A stretch of DNA of 64,000 nt from Octopus vulgaris (lineage: Eukaryota), in the NCBI GenBank assembly GCA_951406725.2, contig OX597822.1:60326001-60390000 (forward strand), read 5' to 3'. This document shows, piece by piece, positions 13,855-26,224 of the stretch. Each line of letters opens with the position of its first letter. The stretch's first letter is position 1. The notes under the pieces are model-generated. The model was given only the letters and a program-made list of their open reading frames with translations. It ran no database searches and was not told where the DNA came from. A program made the translations under genes and the position numbers.

Positions 13855-14335
13855 ATGATGGGAAGAAACCACCATATGTGTTCAAAAGGTGACTAGGGAC
13901 TGATTTGAGGCAGTTCAAAAATGGCATCAGAAGAGAATCAGAAACTAATGAAAAAACTAACTATGCGTTAGAAATAAACGTTTCGTGTTTGAAACGCAAC
14001 TTGAGATAATATATTGATGTATAAATAGTGCACATGAATACGATTGGGGAACAGAGTCCAATCGAAAAAGCACACAAATATGAAAGGTGATATAATAGAT
14101 ATTGATGAGGTGAAAAGATTGGGCGAAGTGCTTAATACGTTCTCTGACACGCGAGATACTTTCAGAGACACGGAAGGAAGAAAACGGACATAAATCTTTT
14201 CATTTTGAATTCTAATGGTCTATCTATGAATTATATTTAAACATTTTAAAAGCATTTCGTTGGCAATTTAGATCTTAAAGAACATTTTTGCATAAGTTTT
14301 TGTTATATATTTAAAAATTCTGTTTGTCTTTGTAG

Positions 14336-14487
14336 GTTACACCCCAGAGTTTAGCAGCCAAGAAAGGACTTCGGCCTGGTGATGTCATTCTCAAAATATG
14401 TAGTAATATTGTCAAGGACATAAATAACGAAGGAGCTAAGATGGAAATTCTTAGAGCTGGCAATGAACTGGACCTCGTCATTGAGAG
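14336..14487 (+). CDS. Internal exon of Zasp/PDLIM-like gene: C-terminal half of PDZ domain (VTPQSLAAKKGLRPGDVILKICSNIVKDINNEGAKMEILRAGNELDLVIER)
   Basis: Acceptor tgtttgtctttgtag, donor gtgagt; 152 nt, phase 0 to 2; PDZ signature A..GL.PGD.IL.I ... L.L.I.R. Confidence 0.93.
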
Positions 14488-15025
14488 GTGAGTTGCTGGG
14501 AGTCTTTGTGCTTATCATGTATTGGCTAATGTTACTGTATATGCCGGTCTCGTTGACACAGTGTTGTACAGCTATTAAGCGTCACTCAGTATAAGGCTAA
14601 CAAAATGTGCGAGGTTCTAAGGCTTTAAGCTGTTTGTCAGTTTATAAGAAGAGGGTACATCACAATCTTTCATCAGTGTATCGCTAGCTTTTGCCACTAA
14701 TTCAACTTTATAATTATTTATTGGCCATAAATAGACAAACATCTAATATTAAAGCAAATATCCAGCTGGTCAAGGAACATAGCGTTAATGTTCTGGCCAC
14801 TTGTTTTTTCCTACTCTTTAAGAATCATGTACAGATTCACTTGTTGAAATATCATACATGATTATCTGAAAACTCGGAATGTTTTCTCCTAAATGAAATG
14901 TATCTTTGGGTTCTCTTCGTATGGTAATTCAAAGAAGTCTGCATACACTTGAATGATTTTCATTGCCGTCTTCTAACCCATAAGAGGATTTGAACACAAC
15001 ACCTAAAACTAAAGAAGTACTGATT

Positions 15026-15158
15026 TAGTGGTTCCCAACCTAGGGTTTGCAAAGGTAGTACTGTGGTTCCGTGAATATATATATATATATATAAGGATAA
15101 GCATATTAAAAGGGGTCCGTGGGAAAACCCATTTAAATAAAAGGGTTGGGAGCCAGTG
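15026..15158. mobile_element. hAT (Charlie-like) MITE
   Basis: Ends (C/T)AGTGGTTCCCAACC and GGTTGGGAGCCAGTG form TIRs. Confidence 0.55.
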
Positions 15159-16655
15159 TACTAATTAGTTATAACGTATCTTGCTTTATTTACAGTACTA
15201 ACTACCACAACGTAGTAATTATTTATCGAAAGTTATTTGTGTTTTAGAGGGAGCAAAGCAAAGTGTTTGGGAAAAGTCTGCCAGCTCTGACTTTCCAACT
15301 CAATACCGAATGACAAACACCGGTTAAATAACAAATAACTTATTTTTTGTGCCGAGGGACAGAATATCATTACAGTAGATTCTTTACTCCAGCTTTATGG
15401 TTTAAAACAGATTCGAAGTAAATCACATCTGCTGAATGAGATGCCAGCCTATCACTGATATCATTCTCAGATGGTTTAGCTGACCTCTTCTCGAAAACTT
15501 GATGAACAGAATCAATGTAGATTATAAAGATTCTGCTGGGAAATATAGCGAAATAACTGAAGGGGATTTAAGCTAACAACCGATGGGCAACAAAGTAATA
15601 ACAACTTGTCTCGCAGGATTTCTCATATCTATAAATAAGTTCAGTGACTTTCTGAATTAATGGAACAGATTTTTCTCGTTTCACACAATTTACATTAGTC
15701 CTACTTCGGAACATTCTTCGCTTTTGAGTCCATTTTCGAATATCTTCGCTTGGTCTCGTGCATTTCGAAAGTATCCGGTCAGTATTTATTGGGCCCAATG
15801 TTTACCCAAAAGTAAACCGGAGGTTTTCATCCATCAACTTACTGTTCTAACGAAGCAACTCAGCATGCTTTCCTTCGTTAAGGACAGAAATTGCTTGGCA
15901 TTGATTCTGTCTGTGATGAAAATCATTTATGCTCATATATTTTATTGAAATATTAGCATACACACACACACACACACGCCCATATATATATGCGTGTGTG
16001 TGTGTGTGTACACAAACGCACGCACTCACACGCACGCACACACACGCACGCACGCACGCACACATGCATGCCCGCACGGACGCCCACTCGCACGCACACG
16101 CACACACACACGCACGCACGCACGCACATATCACCATTTCTGATAAATCACAACAGCCTTCCAAATATAATCCCCTTATGTTAGGACAGTTTCTCCGTTG
16201 ACCGTCTATACTAATTATTTATCGTTTTTTTTTAGTCAACTCCTCTATCTCTTATCGATAGTTTCATTACAAAGGGACGTCGACAGTTTATACCAATGTA
16301 TCCCATCAAAGGCTTATAGATAAAGAAGGAATCTTCCAATAGGATCTTGTTCGAAAGGTACCATATTGTTTCCATCTGGGCACTGAAATTTGATCCGAAC
16401 TTTTTATTCCTCTTTGAAGAGTGAAACGTTTCAGGAAGATCTAAGAACCTTTAAGATCTATAACTGAAACAGATTAAACTCATTATGTGGTACAAGACTT
16501 CTGGATATTTTACGAGAATAGGAAGTGAACTTAAAGAATATTTCTCTTTTAATTTTTGATTGAAACAGTTACTGATGAAAGATATTTATAATAGTAATAT
16601 CTAGTATACAGTCGGTATTTTTTCAACAACTTCTAACATTTTCAGTGTATGAAAG

Positions 16656-16696
<41 letters not shown>

Positions 16697-16899
16697 ATAT
16701 ATATTATATATGTACGCATGTATGTATATATGTATGATTGTGTGCATGACTGTATGTATATATGTATGTTTATTTACTTGTATTGTACTGTGTTGTTATA
16801 TATATATGTGCGCTTATGTGACGTTCATTATGCTATGTGACTCCCAACATCTCAGCCTTCCATATGAACGCCACAACGCAGCAGATGGATAAAAACCAA

Positions 16900-18452
16900 C
16901 ATGTTACAACGGTAGGTAACTCGGAACATATTTCTCAACATAAATGAAAAGAAGACATCACATGTATTTTGATCTGTGTGCAGTGCAAGGCTTAAAGATT
17001 TTCTATTTGGGGCAACTAATTTCCACAACTGTGCAGTTTCTCTTCTCTATTCTAAATCATTATATCAAGTTTGTTGTGCTTACATCAGGTCTGTTGCTTA
17101 TATCAGGTCTGTTGTGCTTACATTTTATTGAGGTCTTCACTGAGACATTCCACCAGTATTCCTTTTTATTATGAGTGGCTATGGCTTATACCAAGCTGTG
17201 GGTTCATATTTCTTTTTCCCCGGGGTTATTCTTCCGACAGATTTCACTTTAGAGTGTCCTAGCTACAACATCATGTATCCTCGGTAGATAATACCGTGAT
17301 GACATTTTCGGACAACTACTTATGATATAGGTTATATCTTCTGTGTTAACTCTACAAAGTGTGCATTGGTTGTCACATTTTACTGCTTTTCCTGCATCTC
17401 TATTCTTTTGTGCATCAGGTATTTGGTTGATATTTCCTGTTCCTGGACTGCAAACGCATACCCTTCAAAGTGGGAAATAGTAATCCGGCTGTTGATCCAT
17501 GATAAACTGCTTTGATGATCGATATTACTGTCATCTTTCTACTAACATATCCATATAGACTCATCCTTACATATGATGATACATTGCGGTAGAGTCGTGC
17601 GACTTCTTTGGGTATGTATTCTAGGTTATCAGACAAAGAATATTGCTCAAGGAGCTGCTTTCCAAGTTTTATAGGAGAAACGGTCAAATCACTGATGGAG
17701 ACGTTACTAGTCTGGTTTGTAGTTTTCTCCCTTTTCACAACCATATAACAACATTTATCCCGACTAAACTTCAATCCTGCATCCTTTGAGAATGTTGTAA
17801 CTAGGCCGAGGATCTTTTTCATCTCATGCATATTCTTTACATAAAGTTTTAAGTCATCCACAAAGAAAGTGTGTAATTTTGATATTTCCGTTTCCTTGTG
17901 AACCAGTGAGATATCCTTCATACTTCCTTAACATGAATGACAGGGGGTTTACAGAAAGTATAAACAACATCACAGAGAGGTTGTCCCATTGGAATATGCC
18001 TTTGCGATACTGTATTTTATCAGTGATAATAGTCACTCTTTGAGTTTAATTTCAAGACGGTGGTCCACGATGATGTCAGGTCAGCTATAGCTTTGACTAT
18101 GCTCACTGGAACTTTTGCAAGTTGAAAGGCTTCTAGCATTCATGAGTGGAGAACAGAGTCAAAGGCTTTCTTGTAGTCTAGCCACATTGAATCTAAGTTC
18201 CTCCTATGCTCTCGCACCTCTGACACCACAGTTTTGTTGATTAACAATTGCTCGGCACATCCCCAGAATCTCTTTTTCCCAGCTGCTTGTCTTTTGTGAT
18301 GATGCTATTGGTTTCCCAAAACTCCCGGAGGAAGAGGTTTACACCTGATGTATATATCTTATACATTAAGTTCTGGCATGCAATTGGCCGGTAGTTTTTT
18401 GCCATGTGGGTGGTTCTGCATTTGGAAATCAATTTTGTCTCTGGCAGAGCTA
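16900..18452 (-). pseudogene. Decayed R4/Dong-like RLE non-LTR retrotransposon (RT, Zn-knuckle, RLE), antisense in the PDZ gene intron
   Basis: NYRPIAC, GIFQWDNLS..LF, F.VDDLKLY, and CTLC...EDITYIISSCPKM...HD.V motifs in shifting frames. Confidence 0.85.
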
Positions 18453-19287
18453 ACTAGTATGTATGTATGTATGTATGTATGTATGTATGTATGTATGTAT
18501 GTATGTATGTATGTATGCATGCATGTATGTATGTATGTATGTATGTATGCATGTATGCATGCATGTATGTATGTATGTATGTATGTATGTATGTATGTAT
18601 GTATGTATGTATGTATGCGTGTTTGTAAACAACTTTCAATAAAAGTTTCATGATTATCCAAACTTATTAAGTCTGGATAGTCATTCTTTTTGAGTGCCTG
18701 ATTACTTAACAGACCCGGGTGCGCCCTGCAATCGCAGCATCGGTTGCATGTATTATCCCTCCTAAAGATTCGTACACGTGTGTGTGTGTGTGTTGTTCCG
18801 TAATAAATTCCCGAGCTAGACCTTCTCTTCTGGGAGCAGCTGTCAAAATGAAACTTGGATTATCATCAGACTTCTATTGAAAACTGTTTATAAATATATT
18901 GTGTTTATTTAATGAAATATCTGGAAATGACAACTACAGAAACTTCGTGATATCTAATATCTTTCGGTTTCAATACAAAACACCACTGTTTACAATATCG
19001 TTATCGTTAAAAGGACATTCATTGTTTTCGTAATTATGTTATCAGACATGAAGGTATAATATCTTTAACATACACATGACTGTTATTTACATATTTCAAA
19101 GTGATTCTATATTTATTCAAACGGTTTCTTTAGTAAAATAGTAAATAAAAAGCTATTTGGCTGGCAATGAAGAAACGTAATTGGCTACGTGATAAAAGAA
19201 TTTTGTTTCAAGTGTTACTTTCAACTACCTTATTGACAGCAAAGAAGTGACGAGGTTTCGATGAATTTCCTGTTATTTTTCCCAAGA

Positions 19288-19573
19288 CCCGACTTTTCGT
19301 CCGGTGTCAATTTGTCCAACGTCACTTTGTTCACCACGTCTTTTGGTCCGACGTCTTTTTGTCTCATGAATTTTTTCGTCCAACGATTTTTGTCCAATTT
19401 TAAATAAAGTCTTTAGAAAACATGGTGAACATCGAAATTAAATAATCATTGAGAATTTTATCTATAAGATTTGTCGTTGAACAAAAAAATCATCGGACAA
19501 AAAGACGTCGGACGAAAAGACGTGGACGAAAAAACGTTTGACGAAGTGATGTCGGACGAAAAGACATAGCACC
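19288..19573. mobile_element. Foldback-type DNA element with long TIRs built of about 15-bp subrepeats
   Basis: Left TTTTCGTCC/TTTGTCC/TTTTGGTCCGACGTC subrepeats mirrored by right GACGTCGGACGAAAAGAC subrepeats. Confidence 0.6.
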
Positions 19574-19819
19574 ATTTTTCCTCGACAGGAAATACGTTTG
19601 CATGAATGAAATTTATAACAATTTTTCAAACAAGGAAGGAAATATAATATCCGGTAGGGATCAGGAGAACACTTAGTACCGGCTTCCGATTATTCATATG
19701 AAATTTCAGACCCCTCCCACGAATTATGTAACACAAATATATATACACATCTATATTTACACACGTTGTCACACATACATACACACGTTCTCATCCTTTC
19801 ACATATATATATATGCTTG

Positions 19820-19880
<61 letters not shown>

Positions 19881-19886
19881 GTGTAG

Positions 19887-19925
<39 letters not shown>

Positions 19926-21144
19926 CATACATACACACGCGCAGGCATACAGACACACAAACATACACACACACACACACGCACGCACGCACGCACACAT
20001 ATATAATCTAAAAAAATTTTATGAGCAGTAATATTTATGTAGTCGTGGGTTATAGTCGGTCAGAAAGTTACCATTGGTTTCACGTCCATTATTGCTCTTA
20101 GCAATACAGGTGACTTGTTAAACCTGTTGGCCTGAGGAACATGACCACTTTACTGATGGGAGGTAATGTAAAGAAGTTATGTGCCTCTGGTCAGCAGGTC
20201 TGGTGAATAGACTCTATTGCTAAGAGCGATTATTGATATGAAGCTTACTGACTGGCCATAACTAACTACAGGATATGTGTATGTATGTATATGTGCGATA
20301 TGTATGTATATGTTTAAATGCATATACATATGTTCAGACTTTTGTGTGTGTATGTGTTTGTATGTGCCTGTATATGTGTGTGTGTGTGTGTGTGTTTGTA
20401 TGCATGTGTGAGTAATGTGCGTGAATATGTGTGTGTGTGTATGCATGTGCTTACGTTTACATAAATGCAACTGGCTTACTTCTCCAATTCACTCTTCAAT
20501 TTGAAATGTTTTAGTTAAATCCACTTGACGCACATATACACGCCCTTCTTTGAAAAAGCCATTATCATCAGATACTGTCATTCCTCATGTAAAACTGACA
20601 CCTAATGCCCGTCGAAGAAAACTTAAAAGACTGAATGCCCAACACGTTTTCCTGTTTATATAAAACACGCGTTCACAAACACCCTTTCACTCAAAAACAT
20701 AAAGATTATAATAATAAATAGAATAGGATATGTGCAGGTGTGTGAGGGAGTGTGGCAATAAGTAGAAACAGGGAGAGGGAGAAAGAGATAGAGAGATAGA
20801 AAGAGAGAAAGAAAGAGAGAGTGATATACAGATAAATAGAGAGGAAGAGGTACATCGAGTATCATATACTACTTCAGAGAACGGGAGAAGAAAAGACTTA
20901 AAGGAAAGAGATATAAGATGACCGACGAGACACTGCTACCGACACATTTGTCAGCTGTCACTGTTGACTAGAACTAAATCTAAAAAGCAGACGACACTGT
21001 AGACAGGAGGAAATGGAAATAGCAAACGACACATATCACGTGATCAAAGGGCGAGAAACAATTAGAGTGTATTTTCAGATGTTTATGTCATGGTTGTAAC
21101 GTAATTTAATTTAATTTTTGTCATATATAAATACATATACATAT

Positions 21145-21199
<55 letters not shown>

Positions 21200-22177
21200 T
21201 TGTGTGCGTGTGTATATACACTCACACACATACACACATATATATATATATATATACATATATGTATATGTATGTATAAGCATTTGAACGTATGTGTGTG
21301 CCTGCTTATTTCTGTTTATCTCTCAGAGCAAACACACATGGTCACACACACGCACGCGCGTGTGTGTGTGTGTGTGTGTGTGCGTGTACGTATATACTTA
21401 CAGCAAGAGATACTCTCAAAGTGTCTACACCTTACAAAATTTTTGCTCTGCTATACAAATAGAGCTCATGCTTAAACAGATTTTTGAAGATGAGGCGTCT
21501 CTCCACAGCGCAAAGATTACATTTCTTTTCTATATTCCCGTAAAGATTCAATGGTCTTTTATTTGATGTTGCTATTGAAATGTTCTTCTCTTAAGTTTCT
21601 AAGAGATTGTTGGCTAATTATCGATGAGTAAAAAAAAAATTTAAAAAAAACAGAAATATTGCTGGAGAATACTTGTTTGAACTTCTCTCCTGGCATGACT
21701 GTCTATTGTTTACGTGACACAACAAAGTTTTGTTTTATGGAGGCTACTCCTATTTCATAAATGATGTGTCTGCGATACGAGACATAATTTGCAGGATTGT
21801 GTTGGTATTTCTGCATGATCATTTAGCCTTAGACATTCTGGGAGAGAGTGTACGTGATATATCTGTCGTCTTTGTGATGTAACTACAGTTTAGTTTAAGA
21901 TTGTCCTGATAAATTGCTTTCTAAATTTATAATCAACCGGAAGGTTTTGTGCATTACCATTTAGAAAAAGTCTATGTGGTATTAGCTCTGACACTAAATA
22001 TAACGGACACACCTTTTATGGGGCGGTAACTGGAATTCACTGAGTAGATAATGTCTTTGAATCGACGACTTAGTAAAGCATTATTGTAGTAGTTTTTCTT
22101 ATTAAAGATAAAATCATTTGATTTATGTATTAATGTGTTTATGCATGTTTGTGTACATATATATGTATATGTTTATT

Positions 22178-22250
<73 letters not shown>

Positions 22251-22274
22251 GAGTACACACACATACACATATAT

Positions 22275-22475
22275 AAGGTTCAAATGTACTGAAAATTAAG
22301 ACAAAGACAAGTGAGAGAACAATAAGCAGATGTACTAGTTTGACACTCGGGAAGAATGGAAAAGTCTTTGATGTTTCGAGCCTACATTCTTCGACAGAAA
22401 GGGGTTAAAAAAATGGAGAAAGAAAGGAAAAACGGAGAGAGAAAAGATGTGTCGGGATAAACGATTTAACATGAT
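22275..22475 (-). mobile_element. Penelope-like terminal repeat fragment with degenerate hammerhead motif
   Basis: Minus strand CTTT-CTGTCGA-A-GAATGTAGGCTC-GAAA-CATC-AAAG; homologous to 62293-62501. Confidence 0.6.
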
Positions 22476-22532
22476 GATGATGATGGTGGTAGTGGTAGTG
22501 GTATATATATGTGTGTGCGTGTGTGTGTGTAT

Positions 22533-22578
<46 letters not shown>

Positions 22579-22580
<2 letters not shown>

Positions 22581-22862
22581 GTGCCGATACCTTGAAAAAT
22601 CTACCAAAAACTCCAGATAAATATACACGTGGCTGAAAGCGGGCTTGTGGAAGAAAATTTAAAATGTACAATTATTTGGGTTTATATTTCCCCGAGTATT
22701 GTTTTGACGAAGGAGGAGGGCTTGTTTATTGCTTTAATCTAGAAATTGGAAACAATTCACAATTAACGTGAGGTCTTTTAAATTTTCTTTCACTAGCCCG
22801 CTTTCAGCTATGTGTATATTTAGCTGGAGTTTTTAATAGTTTTTTTTAAGGTATCGGCTCTT
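22579..22862. repeat. Inverted repeat, about 86-bp arms with about 110-nt spacer, next to (TG)n
   Basis: 22579-22664 is the reverse complement of 22776-22862, with scattered mismatches. Confidence 0.8.
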
Positions 22863-23409
22863 CAAGCATGCTGGAGATAGGTCGTTTTCACCCTTGCACC
22901 TTTAATATAATTATATGCATATGTACATTATTATTAATTTAATGTATAAATTGCCTGTAATTGCCTATAAATTTTTACAGCATGCTGAAAATTGCTAAAA
23001 ATCATTAACGAGATTTTTATCCTTATAGTCTATTATGCATTTATATATATATATATATATATGTAAGGCAAATAAGAAAATGAAGAGGATAAAAAAATCG
23101 ACAAACATCAGCCTGTAAACATTCAATTATATCTATTTATTAATTGATTACAATCATATGTATAAGTGATCTAAATAAACGAATGAAATAAGCCAATAAA
23201 TAAGTAAATATATAGATAAATAAAAATAAACGAGTAAGAATAAATGAGTGTACAAATACTAAACTCTCACAGCTGTTTCTACCATAGGGTTGGCCAATGT
23301 ACCACATCACGCCAGTGATATAAAGGGATTTTACAAAGGTTGAACAAACATTGGACAGGGGTTGGACAATGGTTGAGCCCCAAGGCTGTGGGGAAGTATA
23401 TATATAGCG

Positions 23410-23445
<36 letters not shown>

Positions 23446-23449
<4 letters not shown>

Positions 23450-23594
23450 CATAAATGAGGGCAAAGGAAAAAATTCTAATGCCAAATATGCCGAAAAATT
23501 GGACATATTGTCCATTAACCATAATGGACAATATGTCCAATTTTTCGGCATATTTGGCATTAGAATTTTTTTCCTTTGCCCTCATTTATGAATT
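23446..23594. repeat. Near-perfect palindrome, 72/73-bp arms, 4-nt loop
   Basis: AATTCATAAATGAGGGC...GTCCATTA ACCA TAATGGAC...GCCCTCATTTATGAATT; only a 1-nt indel in the A/T run. Confidence 0.95.
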
Positions 23595-23706
23595 GTTTAT
23601 AAATTTAACCGTTAAAGGTATTCTTTAATATGCTGGCCATTGATAAAATTTTTTTCGAGAAAATATTTTTCTTTCGAAAAGAATTTTATCCTCATATTTG
23701 ATATAT

Positions 23707-24044
23707 GAAGGCGCATGGCTCAGTGGTTAGAGCGTCGAGCTTACGATCGTGAGGTTGTGAGCTCGAATCCCGGACCGGGCTGCGTGTTGTGTTCTTGAGC
23801 AAGACACTTTATTTCACGTTGCTCCAGTTCACTCAGCTGTAGAAATGAGTTGCGACGTCACGAGTGCCAAGCTGTATCGGCCCCTTTGCCTTTCCCTTGG
23901 ATAACACTGGTGGCGTGGAGAGGGGAGGCCGGTATGCATGGGCGACTGCTGGTCTTCCATAAACAACCATGCCCAGACTTGTGACTAGGAGGGCAACTTT
24001 CTAGGTGCAATCCCATGGTCAGTGTCGTGACCGAAGGGGGTCCC
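23707..24044 (+). mobile_element. tRNA-derived SINE with CORE-like domain
   Basis: A-box TGGCTCAGTGG, B-box-like GCTCGAATCCC, GTGTTCTTGAGCAAGACACTT; related copies at 55296-55605 and 59185-59297. Confidence 0.85.
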
Positions 24045-24059
24045 GGATATATATATATA

Positions 24060-24260
24060 TGAAGGCAGTCCCGCCCTGAAACAAAGTTTGACCACATCAA
24101 GCACAAATATATCGTTAGCTCCTCGAATGAGAACAGATATGGCTTTTGAGCCCAGAGAGTCTCTTAAAAAAAGACTTTCTATAAATATTGCAAACTTGTC
24201 TCAGTTCTGAATCTGTCATTTCATTGTGCTCTTTGAGCATGTTCAGATGCCTCTTCAGAC
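24060..24260 (-). pseudogene. 3' end of RTE-like LINE (degenerate C-terminal Zn-finger-like motif)
   Basis: ..VCNIYRKSFFKRLSGLKSHICSHSRS* followed by a short 3' UTR and (TA)n. Confidence 0.5.
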
Positions 24261-24264
24261 CTAT

Positions 24265-24333
<69 letters not shown>

Positions 24334-24621
24334 CAATGCGGATGTGTGTTCGTCTGCATGTGTAAGCACTTAAAAATATGTAGTGTTTAATTATACTTTG
24401 AGTGGCATTGGGTAAGCCCACTTTTTCTAAATTAATACTTATACTAGGGATAGTTTCGAATCATAATGCACTAAGAACAGTTTTCACAGTTGTGTTGTTT
24501 TCAATGGGCCGACAGAACAGATTTCCTTGTTACTGTGGAACTCTTCTTGAGGAGTGTGCGCAAAGATATCGGGCAAATGGTTTTTACCATATATGTATGC
24601 AGACCTAGACGCATTATGTGT

Positions 24622-24668
<47 letters not shown>

Positions 24669-24689
24669 TGTGTGTGTGTGTGTGTGTAT

Positions 24690-24875
24690 TCAATACAAAC
24701 AGGAACAAGTAAGAAAAACAACAACACGTGGACGTGGAACAAGTACTGTATTATTATTGGACGATGAGGAAAGGAAAGAAAAGAAAGAGGATTTCACGTT
24801 TCGAGCGGAGCTCTTCATCAGAAATATAGAAAAAGTTCAAAGATGGGAAGACGGAGAAAGAAAATCGCCAACGTC
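24690..24875 (-). mobile_element. Penelope-like terminal repeat with hammerhead motif at 24791-24825
   Basis: Minus strand ATTT-CTGATGA-A-GAGC-TCC-GCTC-GAAA-CGTG-AAAT, lying between (TG)n and (ATGT)n. Confidence 0.65.
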
Positions 24876-25311
24876 TGTGTATGTATGTATGTATGTATGT
24901 ATGTATGTATGTATGTATGTATGTATGTATGTATGTATGTACAGACACATGCACATACATAAGTACATATTGGGTCATCCCATAAATAATGCGGTTTTTT
25001 CAATTGCATATACATGTTTGTGAGAAAATGCATTTAGCGATAAGTGATTTGTATTTGAATTACCGTCTATTACCTAATTCGTAGATTAGTTTTGGTTACA
25101 TGAAAATATGACAAAATTACAAGGAAAGAATCTCAAACGTCCGAATTAGAAATGAAACCTAACGCAGTATTAAAACTAATATATCATTAAATATTCCACT
25201 TGTGAATTTCAAAGACGGGTTGCTATTTTATGCTTCAAACAAGCTCCTAAAAACAACTATTTTGAAACTTTTTAGGGATTCAGACATATTTTATATTCCA
25301 TTTTGTTTTCA

Positions 25312-25880
25312 TTGGGTTGTCCAGAAAGTTCGTACCGATTTATAGTAGCTTACCTTTCGACTTATTTTAGAACATGGTTGAGTCCATAAAATAGGATTTG
25401 ACTACACCTCAATTTAGAGCACAGTTTAAGTTATCTTTTCGTGGAAGAAGGTTTATGTTCCAATAACCTGTGTTAATTCTGTAACCCTTTAAAATGGAAG
25501 ATTAAAAAGTTCATTTTCGGCACTTGATGCTTTGGGAATCCGACGAAAATTGCCGCAGCACGGCTAGCATGTGTTACCCCAGCCTCCATATTCACCAGAT
25601 ATTACTCCTTCGGATTTCCACTTATTCAGGTCTCTGCAGAATAGTCTTAATGGTGAAAATTTCAATTCCTTTGATGATGTAAAAAAGATACCTTGATGAA
25701 TTCTTTGCCATGAAACCACCTCAATTCTGGGAAGAGGTTATTTTCAAGTTAAAGGAAAGATGGAGATGCATTGTGCAACAAAATGGTTCATATTATTGGT
25801 TGATTGAAAATGTAATGGCAAGAATTTATTGAGCTTTTTCTTTCCTTTAAAAATTGGCACGAACTTTCCAGACAACCCAA
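25312..25880 (+). mobile_element. Non-autonomous mariner, same family as 11728-12292
   Basis: Same TIRs and internal sequence; ends 71 bp before the exon starting at 25952. Confidence 0.9.
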
Positions 25881-25951
25881 TAATTTAAACCCATGTTAAT
25901 TTTACTAATATGAGTTAACTTAACGTTTGTTTTCTTTTTTTTTTTTTGTAG

Positions 25952-26103
25952 GGATTTCAGTAAAGTTCCACCAAAGCCAGCACCAAAAGTTAAGGCTCGA
26001 CCTAAGTCTTATTCCTCTGATCAAGACTTAGAATGTTTTCAGTGTATGGTTAATCCGAATCTACAATCAAGATCTTTCCGAATTCTTCAAGAGACGCTGG
26101 AAC
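25952..26103 (+). CDS. Internal exon of Zasp/PDLIM-like gene (RDFSKVPPKPAPKVKARPKSYSSDQDLECFQCMVNPNLQSRSFRILQETLE)
   Basis: Long poly-T acceptor ..ttttgtag, donor gtaagt; phase 2 to 1, joining the previous exon in frame; QSRSFRIL motif typical of PDZ-LIM proteins. Confidence 0.92.
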
Positions 26104-26174
26104 GTAAGTCAATAATCTGATGTATTACTTTTAATCGGACTTAATTCCGTACAGATCTATTTTGAGATTTTTCC

Positions 26175-26224
<50 letters not shown>

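Noticed and set aside
23263-23400. Minus-strand GAAAC-AGCT-GTG-AGAG as another hammerhead
   Set aside because: Only the 3' half is present; no CUGANGA or matching stem I was found upstream.
23707-23780. tRNA gene
   Set aside because: It is a SINE head continuing into a CORE-like body; there is no proper acceptor stem or terminator.
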